From Nostoc sp. DedSLP01 (GTDB lineage Bacteria > Cyanobacteriota > Cyanobacteriia > Cyanobacteriales > Nostocaceae): a stretch of 64,000 bases of DNA. The first letter of the stretch is position 1. Each line of letters opens with the position of its first letter. The notes under the pieces are model-generated. The model did not search any database. It saw nothing but the letters and a program-made list of their open reading frames with translations, and had not been told where the DNA came from. Both the position numbers and the translations under genes were made by a program. The stretch lies in the NCBI GenBank assembly GCA_034530875.2, contig JAVRCJ020000002.1, forward strand, positions 320,001 to 384,000, in the 5' to 3' direction. This document shows, piece after piece, positions 18,627 to 28,772 of this stretch.

Positions 18627-20012
18627 TTAAGTTAAATGCATAAAAATTATTTTCAGTAATTCCGCACGAGTAAACGGTTTCGTCAGATATCCAGAAGCAC
18701 CTACCAATCTCGCTTTTACTTTGTCTACAATTCCTTTGCTACCAGTGACAAAGATAATCGGAGTCTCTTTAAACATGGAATTATTGCGTATAATCCTACA
18801 CAATTCATAACCATCAATTCCTACCATGTTCAGATCCAGCAATATTAAGTCTGGTTTGTGCCTGATAATCGACAAAACAGCTTTTAATGGATCGTTAATA
18901 GTAACTACAGAAAAATTTTCATTTTCTAAGAAATGGCTAATTTCTTTAAGAATTGTCGGACTATCATCTACAGAAACTATTTTGTGGACTTTTTGGGCGG
19001 TTACAGTAGCGGCGGTTACTCTTTGAGGAGCCGAATTTATGTTATCTGATATTGTTGGTTCCTGAAGGTTTGCTTGTGGAGGAGTGGAAACTTGTGGTAA
19101 TTGCTCAACAGTATTTATATTGTCTTCACGACCATCTGCGTATGTATTGACAGTATTGCTTACTTGCGCTCTGGTATTTACTGATTTGGCAATCAGTTTT
19201 GGTAACAGCGCTCGCTCTTCAAATATCTTTGGTAATTTATCAAATGGGGGATCTGGTTCGTGCAAGATAATTCCCCCTTGAACGATGTAAGGGTATAATT
19301 GCCGAGCCAATTGAATTTCATCTTGATTCAAAATTGCCGCTAAATGACAAAGACTAAAACCTTTCATCCAACTAGTTAAATTCGGTTGCAGGCTTGGTAA
19401 ATCTTTCTCCTCAAATTGCTTGTTAGCTAACAAATATGGACGTTGATATGGTGAAGAAATATACGGCACAAAAGATTGCCAATTTTCTAATTTTTTTTGG
19501 CAGCGCTCTACAATTTTTTCTACATCAAACTTGCAGATTTTTGGCATTTTAGTAACTGGTTCTATTAATTCATAACTACCTTCTTTGATAAGTAGAAATG
19601 ATTCAATTACCTCTTTAACTAATTCTTGAATTACTGCTGCTGCTTGGGTGGAATTTAAATGTTGTTGACTTACCAACCAGTAGATGGCTTGATATTCAGG
19701 GGGCTGGCTTCTCGATTGACTTTCATCTTCGAGTAACTGGCTGTGTGAGTCAGGTTCAAACATTAAGCGAACTTGAACGCGAACCTCGTTGGTAAGTAGG
19801 GGAATTTGGTGGCTCAGACGGCGCAAATGGCGTTCTAGTCTATCGAACGGCTCCACAGAATGAGTTGCGTAAGTTATTTTGCCTTGTTCTAAGTGAATCG
19901 ACCAAAAAACTGAGTTACTCGCTGCTTGTAAGCAAGTAGTATCGGAGCAATTAGATAACTGTCTTAACAAACTTAAAGGACGTAGTTTGGTGAATGCGCC
20001 TGAATTATTCAT
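18627..20012 (-). CDS. PatA-family response regulator (PATAN/DUF4388 domain plus C-terminal receiver)
   Basis: N-terminal WSIHLEQGKITYATHS (PATAN-like). REC motifs VDDS, LLDLNM, FVTG, YLTKPF. Confidence 0.88.
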   Translation of the reverse strand: MNNSGAFTKLRPLSLLRQLSNCSDTTCLQAASNSVFWSIHLEQGKITYATHSVEPFDRLERHLRRLSHQIPLLTNEVRVQVRLMFEPDSHSQLLEDESQSRSQPPEYQAIYWLVSQQHLNSTQAAAVIQELVKEVIESFLLIKEGSYELIEPVTKMPKICKFDVEKIVERCQKKLENWQSFVPYISSPYQRPYLLANKQFEEKDLPSLQPNLTSWMKGFSLCHLAAILNQDEIQLARQLYPYIVQGGIILHEPDPPFDKLPKIFEERALLPKLIAKSVNTRAQVSNTVNTYADGREDNINTVEQLPQVSTPPQANLQEPTISDNINSAPQRVTAATVTAQKVHKIVSVDDSPTILKEISHFLENENFSVVTINDPLKAVLSIIRHKPDLILLDLNMVGIDGYELCRIIRNNSMFKETPIIFVTGSKGIVDKVKARLVGASGYLTKPFTRAELLKIIFMHLT

Positions 20013-20460
20013 ATTTTTCTACTTTTTTGCGGAATCAGCACCCCAACATTTGTAAATTACAAATATGAGCTATGAAATCTTTTCTTTTTTGTAATATTTC
20101 TTTATGTACAAATTATTTATTTGAAATATGTATATATATTAAAATTTATAAAATTTTTAATATATAGTTTACTTTTATACGTTTTAATTACAGTCTCAAC
20201 AATAAAATATTTTTCTTTAACTATGTATACTCAAATGCCAATGCCGAACAAACTTGTCTTTCATTCTACTCCTGGCTTTTTTAACTTAGATAAGCACAAA
20301 TAAACAAAACTAGAAACTTAATCGTCAATTGAACATCAATATATGTTAGCCACTTTTGCCTGAACTTACCACCGATAAATCTTGACTCCATACCCGAGTA
20401 ATCTACATTTTCGTTATGTTAATTCACTTTCAAGGTAAATATGATTCCAGGTTCCCGCAA

Positions 20461-20490
20461 TTATACAGATATGCTTGTAAAGTCACCGGA
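20461..20490 (-). promoter_or_regulatory. Candidate heterocyst-specific DIF1-type promoter for the PatA-like gene
   Basis: Minus strand reads TCCGGT-N18-GTATAA, one mismatch to the TCCGGA -35 element with 18-nt spacing to a GTA -10 element. Confidence 0.45.
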
Positions 20491-20843
20491 CTTAATTATG
20501 CTTAATTACTTTTCTATAAAGGAACGATTAACCTACATAAAATCTTTAAAAAGCTATGTAGGAAATTCTACGTATTTATTGTACTCTAGGTTTAATAGAT
20601 ATAAATTTTTGGTAGATACACTACAACAGCTAATGTTGAGTTTTGAGAAACTCTTTTTTGCAAAACTAGACGCCACTCAAGCTCTCGTTAATTATGCACA
20701 GAAGTTGGTGAAAATATTTTGTTTCATAAAACCTAGAGCATCTACCACTAGATACTATATCTGTAGTCGCGTTAGTGGCTAACAACTAGATACTTTGAAC
20801 ACAGGGAATTAAAACTTTGGATTTTAACATAACACAAAAAGTT

Positions 20844-21518
20844 ATGCATGACACATTAAGACTTGATGAAGTTGTAGAGTTTGCAGAGAACCCAGAACCC
20901 CGTTGTCCGTGCGTTCTCTTACTAGATACATCTGGTTCGATGCAAGGAGAACCAATTGAAGCTTTAAATCAGGGTTTACTAAGTTTAAAGGATGAATTAG
21001 TCAAAAATTCCTTGGCAGCCAGACGAGTGGAAGTAGCGATCGTAACTTTTGACAGCAATATTAATGTAGTACAAGACTTTGTAACTGCCGATCAATTCAA
21101 TCCGCCAATTTTGACGGCTCAAGGATTGACAACGATGGGTGCGGGAATTCATAAAGCTTTAGACATTATTCAAGAACGCAAATCTCAGTATCGTGCCAAT
21201 GGGATTGCTTACTATCGCCCTTGGGTATTTATGATTACCGATGGCGAACCGCAAGGCGAGTTAGATCGGGAAGTAGAACAAGCATCCCAGCGATTACAAG
21301 CAGATGAAGCAAATAAAAGAGTAGCATTTTTTACCGTTGGTGTAGAAAATGCCAATATGACACGTTTAAATCAAATAGCTGTGCGTACCCCGCTGAAACT
21401 CAAAGGGCTAAACTTTATCGAAATGTTTGTTTGGCTCTCAGCTAGTATGTCAGCTGTTTCGCATTCCCAGGTGGACGAACAGGTAGCACTACCGCCAATT
21501 GGTTGGGGGACTGTTTAA
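20844..21518 (+). CDS. vWA domain protein, TerY/YegL family
   Basis: NPEPRCPCVLLLDTSGSM (MIDAS DxSxS), YYRPWVFMITDGEP, WLSASMSAVS. Start set at ATG 20844. Confidence 0.9.
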   Translation: MHDTLRLDEVVEFAENPEPRCPCVLLLDTSGSMQGEPIEALNQGLLSLKDELVKNSLAARRVEVAIVTFDSNINVVQDFVTADQFNPPILTAQGLTTMGAGIHKALDIIQERKSQYRANGIAYYRPWVFMITDGEPQGELDREVEQASQRLQADEANKRVAFFTVGVENANMTRLNQIAVRTPLKLKGLNFIEMFVWLSASMSAVSHSQVDEQVALPPIGWGTV

Positions 21519-21556
21519 TTTTCAATTCGGGCGGCTAGCTGTTGGAATAAAATCTT

Positions 21557-22339
21557 ATGAACGTATCAAAACAGATTGCTCAATGGCGGATTGTGGCTGC
21601 CTCAGTGTGTGGTACGAGTCACTTAAAAAACAAACAGTTATGCCAGGATGCTCATCACTGGCAGATATTGTCAGATAACATTTTAGTGGCTGCGGCAGCC
21701 GACGGTGCGGGTTCTGCAAGTCTAGGCAAAGTGGGAGCGATGATTGCTGTGGAGAGTGCGATTGAAAGCCTGTCTAGTAAAGCAATTAAGCAAAGCAGTT
21801 TGAGCAGTGATGCTTATATGCGATCGCTTTTAAATGATGCCATAGTAGCTGCCAAAAAAGCTTTGGAGGAAGAGGCTATTAGTTGTGACAAACAACTACA
21901 AGACTTAGCAACTACCTTAATTATCGCGATCGCCACGCCAGAAGTTGTAGCTGTGGCCCAAATAGGTGATGGTTTGGCAGTTGCCAAAGATAGTATCGGT
22001 AACCTCCTCGCATTAACTATGCCTGACAGCGGCGAATACATCAACGAAACCACATTTTTAACCTCACCAACTGCCTTAGATACAGCACAAATGAGGTTAT
22101 GGCGTACAGACATAGTGAATATTGGTATAATTACTGACGGGTTACAAATGCTGGCTTTAAATATGGTTGTCGGGGAACCTCACAAACCGTTCTTTTTTCC
22201 GCTGTTTGAATTTGTAGCCAATGCCGAAGACAAAACAGCAGCAAAGGAGCAGTTAGTAAAATTTTTACGCTCAGAGCGCATCACCCAACGCACTGATGAT
22301 GATTTGACACTGATAATAGCTGCATTTAACAACTCATAA
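21557..22339 (+). CDS. PP2C-family phosphatase, YegK-like
   Basis: GTSH...CQD, ADGAGSA, QIGDG, GEYINETTF, TDGL, DDDLT. Confidence 0.88.
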   Translation: MNVSKQIAQWRIVAASVCGTSHLKNKQLCQDAHHWQILSDNILVAAAADGAGSASLGKVGAMIAVESAIESLSSKAIKQSSLSSDAYMRSLLNDAIVAAKKALEEEAISCDKQLQDLATTLIIAIATPEVVAVAQIGDGLAVAKDSIGNLLALTMPDSGEYINETTFLTSPTALDTAQMRLWRTDIVNIGIITDGLQMLALNMVVGEPHKPFFFPLFEFVANAEDKTAAKEQLVKFLRSERITQRTDDDLTLIIAAFNNS

Positions 22340-22393
22340 GTATTAACTTTAAAGTTTGAGATTTTAGATACTCTCGTTAGCGGTAATTTGACT

Positions 22394-24562
22394 ATGCAGG
22401 TACTACGTTGTTCTCCTAAAAAAGAAATCCTCAATTTGAGTATAAGTTTGGGGCGTGGGGGCGAAGCTTGTGTTTATGCAGTGCCATCCGATAGCAACTT
22501 GGTGGCCAAGATATACCACAAACCAAGCACTGCTCGCGCCGACAAACTACAAACGATGCTGGCCAACCCGCCAGAAAACCCCACAGCTAGCTTGGGGCAT
22601 ATTTCCATCGCTTGGCCGGAGGATTTATTGCACGCGGCAGATGGTAGCAACGGTATCGTCGGGTTTTTAATGCCGCGCATTCAAGGAATGCGTCCAATCA
22701 TTGACTTTTATAACCCCAGAACCCGCCGCCAACACTGTCCGTTATTCAACTATCAGTACCTGCTTCGCACAGCTCGTAACTTAGCAGCAGCTTTTGCAGC
22801 TTTGCACGCCAGTGGATATTGCATCGGTGATGTAAATGAGTCAAACATCCTCGTCAGTGACACCGCACTAGTAACCTTAATAGACACAGACTCTTTCCAA
22901 GTAAGCAACCCAAACACTAATACTGTTTATCGTTGTCCGGTGGGTAAACCAGAGTTTACTCCACCGGAACTGCAAAATAAAACTTTTGCAGAACACGATC
23001 GCGAAATTTCTCATGACTTATTTGGGTTAGCAGTACTGGTATTTCAACTCTTGATGGAAGGTACGCATCCATTTTCGGGGATTTTTCAAGGTGCCATTGA
23101 GCCACCGACTTACGAATCACGCATAGCATCGGGTCATTTCACCTACAGCCAAAAGCGACGCGTACCTTACCGCCCGACACCCATCGCCCCGCCTTGGGAA
23201 ATTCTTCATCCCAGCTTACAAGAACTATTTGTGCGTTGTTTTGAAGACGGTCACAACAACCCACAACTGCGTCCCAGCGCCCAAACTTGGCTCTCAGCAA
23301 TAGCCGAAGCCGAAGATTCCCTAATTACTTGCACCACCAATCCCCAGCATCGTTACAACAATCATCTAGATATATGTCCCTGGTGCGAACGTAGCGTGCG
23401 CTTGGGCGGACGCGACCCGTTCCCATCGCATCGGGCGATAGAAGCCAGAGAACATCTACAACCGCGAATCAAAGCGAAAAAGCGCTACACCCAAACACCA
23501 CGCGCGCCACAGCGAGGCTTACCAACCCACGTAGGTAATTATTGGCAACCAGTAATTACCCCTACCGCTTCACCTTATAGACGTTCCAAGAAGTCAAAAT
23601 TGTACCCAGTTGTTTTTTGCTTGTTGGGTTTTGGTTTATTGGGATATGCGGACTTAATGATTAAATTCACCGAGCCGTTAGTTTCCCACAATGCTTACAC
23701 TCAACAAACATTAAAATCTGGTCAGACATATAACAAACTCAGCTTCGCAGATTATTATCAGCAAGCTCATACTGCTTACAAACAGCGAGACTATGAAAAA
23801 GCAGTTGCAAGTTATAGCCAAGCAATTGCTCAAGAACCCAAACATGCCAAAGCGATTATGAATCGTGGCAATGCTCGTTATAACTTGAAAGATTATGAAG
23901 GAGCAGTTGCAGATTACACCCAAGCTTTGAAAATCAAGCCCAATCAAACCAAAGCACTTGTGAATCGGGGGAATGCCCGGTTAATGCTCGCCGAATATAG
24001 TAACGACCCGGATACAGAATACAATCAAGCCCTTAGCGACTATAATCGCGCTATTGACATCGATCGAAATGACGTTGAAGCTTATATTAGGCGAGGCATT
24101 GTCCGATCGCAAATGGCTAAATACAGCGGTGAATCTCAACAAGTTTATAAAAAAGCGATCGCAGATTTTACTCAAGCAATCAAGTTGAATTTATCCAAAG
24201 CAGAAGCTTACTTCCAGCGCGGCGTTGTCTATTATCAAATTGCCCAATATAGTAGCAATTACGAGCAAGAATATAATCAAGCGATCGCTGACTTTAACCA
24301 AGCATTAGCCATTAGCCCCAAACTAGCAAAAGCCTTTCTCAAACGCGGCATGGTTCGTTACGAACTAGCGCAATATGGTGGTAGTGGATCTAACCAAAAC
24401 CAAACCAAAGCGATCGCAGATTTACAGACAGCTGCTAAAATCTTTCTCGAACAAGATGATATGGATAATTATCAGCAAGCACTCAGTAACATGTGTGTCG
24501 TTGTTGAAAACAAATGCGATCCTTTATTCCAAACCCCAAGTGGCGCGGAAAAAATCAACTAA
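22394..24562 (+). CDS. YegI-like Ser/Thr kinase with Cys/His ribbon, TM helix and C-terminal TPR repeats
   Basis: GRGGEA, VAKIY, GDVNESN, IDTDSF, PPELQ. C...H...CPWC. Hydrophobic segment VVFCLLGFGLLG. TPR repeats (AIADFxQAI). Confidence 0.88.
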   Translation: MQVLRCSPKKEILNLSISLGRGGEACVYAVPSDSNLVAKIYHKPSTARADKLQTMLANPPENPTASLGHISIAWPEDLLHAADGSNGIVGFLMPRIQGMRPIIDFYNPRTRRQHCPLFNYQYLLRTARNLAAAFAALHASGYCIGDVNESNILVSDTALVTLIDTDSFQVSNPNTNTVYRCPVGKPEFTPPELQNKTFAEHDREISHDLFGLAVLVFQLLMEGTHPFSGIFQGAIEPPTYESRIASGHFTYSQKRRVPYRPTPIAPPWEILHPSLQELFVRCFEDGHNNPQLRPSAQTWLSAIAEAEDSLITCTTNPQHRYNNHLDICPWCERSVRLGGRDPFPSHRAIEAREHLQPRIKAKKRYTQTPRAPQRGLPTHVGNYWQPVITPTASPYRRSKKSKLYPVVFCLLGFGLLGYADLMIKFTEPLVSHNAYTQQTLKSGQTYNKLSFADYYQQAHTAYKQRDYEKAVASYSQAIAQEPKHAKAIMNRGNARYNLKDYEGAVADYTQALKIKPNQTKALVNRGNARLMLAEYSNDPDTEYNQALSDYNRAIDIDRNDVEAYIRRGIVRSQMAKYSGESQQVYKKAIADFTQAIKLNLSKAEAYFQRGVVYYQIAQYSSNYEQEYNQAIADFNQALAISPKLAKAFLKRGMVRYELAQYGGSGSNQNQTKAIADLQTAAKIFLEQDDMDNYQQALSNMCVVVENKCDPLFQTPSGAEKIN

Positions 24563-24597
24563 AAATAAGTAAGTTTTAGTCCAGAAATAAATCTTTA

Positions 24598-24742
24598 GTA
24601 GGGTGCGTTACGGCTTTAGCCTAACGCACTTTTTGTATCAACATACATTAACAACTCAATATTTTTCGTGGCAAATAATACAAATTTAAATAATTTTTCC
24701 AATACATCGATAATAGGGGCTTTACAGCTGTAAAGCCCCTAC
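24598..24742. repeat. Two GTAG-type REP-like palindromes
   Basis: GTAGGGTGCGTTA..TAACGCAC (24598-24630) and TAGGGGCTTTACAGCTGTAAAGCCCCTA (24714-24741). Confidence 0.7.
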
Positions 24743-25279
24743 CCATGTTCCTCATTCAAACGAGAATTTCTATATCTCTTATAAGTAAATTTAATTCCTG
24801 ACTAATAGCAAAAGTTATCTTTAGATGACAAATATCTCCAAAAATATTTAATCTACTAAAGTAGACTTTAGCTATAACAAAAGGAACTTCAGTTATAGGC
24901 AGTGACTGTATTTGTCGCATCTTTTTTAAAATTGAAACTATCTATAAATCCATGCTTAACATACTCAAATAGTATTATTTTTACTTTCTAAATAGAATAG
25001 TAATAACTTATTAAAAGATAATTAAAGAGTCATTTTATACTATTCTTGATTCATTCTGAATTCTGACTCGTGAATTCTGAATTCTTCTATTTACATATTC
25101 ATAGACCTTTTATATAGAAAAGATGTTAATTTATATCTTCTTCATAATTTCGTAAAAAAATACAGTTAGATTATTGACTGAGAAAAATAAATCAGAAAAC
25201 AATTTTTTCTCCATATAAGTGCATCCTCTTCATGTGACGAAAGACAAATAATATCCCTACAAATCTCCGAGGTAATTGC

Positions 25280-26053
25280 ATGAAAGCGGTGATTTTGGCT
25301 GGAGGGCTTGGTACGCGCCTCAGTGAAGAAACTAGTATCAGACCCAAGCCGATGGTTGAGATTGGTGGTAAGCCAATTCTATGGCACATAATGAAGACTT
25401 ATTCTGCTCACGGAATTAATGACTTCATCATTTGTTGTGGTTACAAAGGTTACATAATTAAAGAGTATTTTGCTAACTACTTTTTACACATGTCAGATGT
25501 AACCTTTGACATGAGATTTAACCAGATGAACGTGCATTCTGGATACGCTGAACCTTGGCGCGTCACCTTAGTAAATACGGGCGACCAGACAATGACAGGC
25601 GGACGCTTAAAACGCATCAGCGAACATCTAGGAAATGAAACTTTTTGCTTTACTTATGGCGATGGTGTAAGTGATATTAATATCACTGAGTTAATTCAAT
25701 TTCATCAACAACAGAACACTTTAGCAACACTGACAGCCGTACAACCAGCAGGACGTTTTGGTGCAATTTCCTTAGGATACGAGCAAACTAAAATCGCAAG
25801 CTTTCGAGAAAAACCTGAAGGCGATGGTGCTTGGATTAATGGCGGTTATTTTGTGTTAGAACCAGAAGTGATAAACTTGATTGCTGATGACTCTACCGTA
25901 TGGGAACAAGAGCCATTAGAAAAGTTAGCTTATATGGAACAGCTATCTGCTTTCAAGCACTACGGTTTTTGGCAACCAATGGATACCTTACGCGATAAAA
26001 ACCACCTCGAAGGGCTATGGAACAACGGTCAAGCTCCTTGGAAGGTGTGGTAG
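25280..26053 (+). CDS. rfbF: Glucose-1-phosphate cytidylyltransferase
   Basis: MKAVILAGGLGTRLSEET..PKPMVEIG, TMTGGRLK, GFWQPMDTLRDK, APWKVW. Confidence 0.95.
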   Translation: MKAVILAGGLGTRLSEETSIRPKPMVEIGGKPILWHIMKTYSAHGINDFIICCGYKGYIIKEYFANYFLHMSDVTFDMRFNQMNVHSGYAEPWRVTLVNTGDQTMTGGRLKRISEHLGNETFCFTYGDGVSDINITELIQFHQQQNTLATLTAVQPAGRFGAISLGYEQTKIASFREKPEGDGAWINGGYFVLEPEVINLIADDSTVWEQEPLEKLAYMEQLSAFKHYGFWQPMDTLRDKNHLEGLWNNGQAPWKVW

Positions 26054-26188
26054 AGGCAGAGGAGAGATGGGGAAGTGTGGGGAGTGTGGGGAGAGAGGGG
26101 GGAAAGATTTCTTCCCCATCCTCCTACACTTCCTGCTTGCCCCATGCCCTAGTAAATTTATAGTGTAACTACAAGTACGATAATACTA

Positions 26189-27403
26189 ATGTATGATTTT
26201 GCGATTATAGGTGGGGGAATAGTTGGACTCTCTACGGCGTTGGCTTTAGGAAAACGCTATCCCAATGCAAGTATTTTAGTCGTAGAAAAAGAGAGTCAAT
26301 GGGCTTTTCATCAAACTGGCAATAATAGCGGCGTGATTCATTCTGGTATTTACTACAAACCAGGGAGTTTCAAAGCTAAATTTTGTCGTGATGGTTCTCG
26401 CTCAATGGTAGATTTCTGTCAAGAACATGGAATTGACCATGAAGTTTGTGGTAAAGTGATTGTTGCAACTGAAGAACAAGAACTAGCACGCCTCGAAAAT
26501 CTCTACCAACGCGGCTTGGAAAATGGCATAGAAGTCCAAAGAATTAGCCCGGAAGAAGTCAAGGAAATTGAACCCCATGTAAGTTGTGTAGGTGGAATTC
26601 GAGTATTTTCAACTGGCATTCTTAATTACAAACAAGTTTGTTTGAAATATGCCCAGCTGATTCAACAACAAGGGGGACATTTACACCTAAATACTAAAGT
26701 ACTGAAAATCTTATCCAGGGGTAAAACTCAGGTACTAGAAACAAACAAAGGTAGCTTTGAAACCAAGTTTGTAATAAATTGTAGTGGATTGCATAGCGAT
26801 CGCACTGCCAGATTAAATCAAGTTGAACCCCAAGCCAAAATTGTCCCATTTCGGGGAGAATACTACGAACTCACACCAGAAAAACGCTATCTGGTCAAGA
26901 CTTTAATTTATCCAGTACCCAACCCAGATTTTCCCTTCCTGGGCGTCCACTTTACCCGGATGATTGATGGTAGCGTTCATGCAGGGCCAAACGCGGTTTT
27001 ATCCCTCAAACGCGAAGGTTACAAAAAAACCGACTTTGATTTAGGCGATTTTCTGGAGGTTATGACTTATCCCGGTTTCTGGAAATTGGCAGCCAAACAT
27101 GCTGATGAAGGTATTCAAGAAATTATTCGTTCCTTCAGTAAAGCAGCCTTCGTTAAAAGTTTGCAAAAACTAATTCCTGAAGTCCAAGCAGAAGATTTAG
27201 TTCCCACCCATGCAGGAGTCCGCGCTCAAGCCTTAATGAACGATGGCAAGCTTGTAGACGACTTTTTGATTGTTTCCGGTGAAAACTCTATCCATGTTTG
27301 CAATGCTCCTTCTCCGGCTGCTACTTCTTCTTTAGAAATTGGCAAAGCCATTGTCGCCCAAATTCCTCAACTTTCGCATTTAGATAATGTAGTAACTGCG
27401 TAG
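26189..27403 (+). CDS. lhgO: L-2-hydroxyglutarate oxidase-family FAD oxidoreductase
   Basis: GGGIVG, HQTGNNSGVIHSGIYY, PFRGEY, PFLGVH, AGVRAQA, NAPSPAATSS. Confidence 0.88.
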   Translation: MYDFAIIGGGIVGLSTALALGKRYPNASILVVEKESQWAFHQTGNNSGVIHSGIYYKPGSFKAKFCRDGSRSMVDFCQEHGIDHEVCGKVIVATEEQELARLENLYQRGLENGIEVQRISPEEVKEIEPHVSCVGGIRVFSTGILNYKQVCLKYAQLIQQQGGHLHLNTKVLKILSRGKTQVLETNKGSFETKFVINCSGLHSDRTARLNQVEPQAKIVPFRGEYYELTPEKRYLVKTLIYPVPNPDFPFLGVHFTRMIDGSVHAGPNAVLSLKREGYKKTDFDLGDFLEVMTYPGFWKLAAKHADEGIQEIIRSFSKAAFVKSLQKLIPEVQAEDLVPTHAGVRAQALMNDGKLVDDFLIVSGENSIHVCNAPSPAATSSLEIGKAIVAQIPQLSHLDNVVTA

Positions 27404-27450
27404 ATAGTATAGTTGTCACTTCCGGCGCTGCTGAATTTGGATGTGAAACC

Positions 27451-27557
27451 TCACGCAGAGGCGCAGAGTCGCAGAGGTATTTTAATAACTACTCAAGATT
27501 GCTGAGTCATAAGATAACAGTAGTCAAGTCTCTCTGCGCCTTTGCGTCTCTGCGTGA
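27451..27557. repeat. Inverted-repeat element TCACGCAGAGGCGCAGAG...CTCTGCGCC..CTCTGCGTGA
   Basis: Inverted arms at 27451-27476 and 27532-27557. The same family occurs at 32187, 32971-32987 and ~46000-46019. Confidence 0.75.
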
Positions 27558-27635
27558 AAAAATAAACCATCTACATAAACATTTCTCCTCACCTAGTTGC
27601 GTAACGCACTCTTCAATACAAAGGCATTAACCACA

Positions 27636-28661
27636 ATGAAAATATTAGTAACCGGCACAGAAGGCTATCTGGGTTCATTATTGCCACCTCTGTTAATCGA
27701 ACGCGGACATGAAGTTATCGGTATCGATACTGGTTTCTATAAAGTTGGTTGGTTGTACAACGGTACTGATGTCACAGCCAAAACCCTCAACAAAGATATC
27801 CGCAATATCGCCCCTGAAGATTTGGAAGGCGTGGAAGCAATTGTTCACATGGCGGAACTCTCCAACGACCCAGCCGGACAATTGGCACCGAATATTACCT
27901 ATCAAATTAATCATGTAGGTTCAGTTCGTCTGGCTAGCTTGGCTAAGGCTATGGGCGTGCGTCGTTTTGTATATATGTCTTCGTGCAGTGTCTACGGTGT
28001 TGCTACCGAAGGTGATGTTACAGAAGAATCTCCTATTAATCCCCAAACAGCCTACGCAGAGTGCAAAACACTGGTAGAAAGAGATGTTGCACCATTAGCT
28101 GACGATGACTTCTCGCCTACCTTTATGCGGAATGCTACTGCTTTTGGTGCTTCTCCGAGAATGCGGTTTGATATTGTTTTAAACAACTTGGCGGGGTTGG
28201 CTTGGACTAGCAAGCAAATCAAAATGACTAGCGACGGTACACCTTGGCGTCCGTTAGTTCACGCGTTGGATATTTGCAAAGCAATAGCCTGCGCTTTGGA
28301 AGCACCGCGGGATATCATACATAACCAAATCTTCAATGTTGGAGATACAGCAAATAATTATCGAGTTAGAGAAATCGCTGAAATTATTGCTGATATTTTC
28401 CCTGATTGTAAATTGTTGTTTGGGAATAATGGCGCAGATAACCGCAGCTATCGGGTATCTTTCGAGAAAATCAATAGCATTTTACCCGGATTTAAATGTG
28501 ATTGGAATGCAAGACTTGGTGCCGAGCAGTTACTCAAGTTATTCAGTCAAATTGATATGGCTGAAGATACTTTCTTGTTTAGAGGATTTACCCGTTTAAA
28601 ACAGCTAGAGTATCTGATTCGTACCGAGCAAATTGACAAAGATTTCTTCTGGAATAAGTAG
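27636..28661 (+). CDS. NAD-dependent epimerase/dehydratase (extended SDR)
   Basis: MKILVTGTEGYLG, SSCSVYG, YAECK. Start set at ATG 27636. Confidence 0.9.
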   Translation: MKILVTGTEGYLGSLLPPLLIERGHEVIGIDTGFYKVGWLYNGTDVTAKTLNKDIRNIAPEDLEGVEAIVHMAELSNDPAGQLAPNITYQINHVGSVRLASLAKAMGVRRFVYMSSCSVYGVATEGDVTEESPINPQTAYAECKTLVERDVAPLADDDFSPTFMRNATAFGASPRMRFDIVLNNLAGLAWTSKQIKMTSDGTPWRPLVHALDICKAIACALEAPRDIIHNQIFNVGDTANNYRVREIAEIIADIFPDCKLLFGNNGADNRSYRVSFEKINSILPGFKCDWNARLGAEQLLKLFSQIDMAEDTFLFRGFTRLKQLEYLIRTEQIDKDFFWNK

Positions 28662-28667
28662 AAACTA

Positions 28668-28707
28668 TTTATAGTTTGAGCTTTGGTAGTCAAGCACAAA
28701 CTATAAA
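28668..28707 (+). terminator. Intergenic stem-loop (attenuator or mRNA stabiliser)
   Basis: TTTATAGTTTG.GCTT / AAGC.CAAACTATAAA inverted repeat directly after the stop codon. Confidence 0.45.
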
Positions 28708-28772
28708 TATATATTCTTAATTTTGACTGATTTCACAGAGTATTTTGTTAACCATTAATAGGGCTTGAAATT

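Noticed and set aside
20121..20782. ORFs 20121..20303 and 20441..20782
   Set aside because: AT-rich, low-complexity translations in a divergent promoter region, with no recognisable motifs.
24837..24865. DIF1-like promoter upstream of rfbF (TCCAAA-N18-GTAGA)
   Set aside because: Two mismatches in the hexamer within AT-rich DNA; too weak to call.
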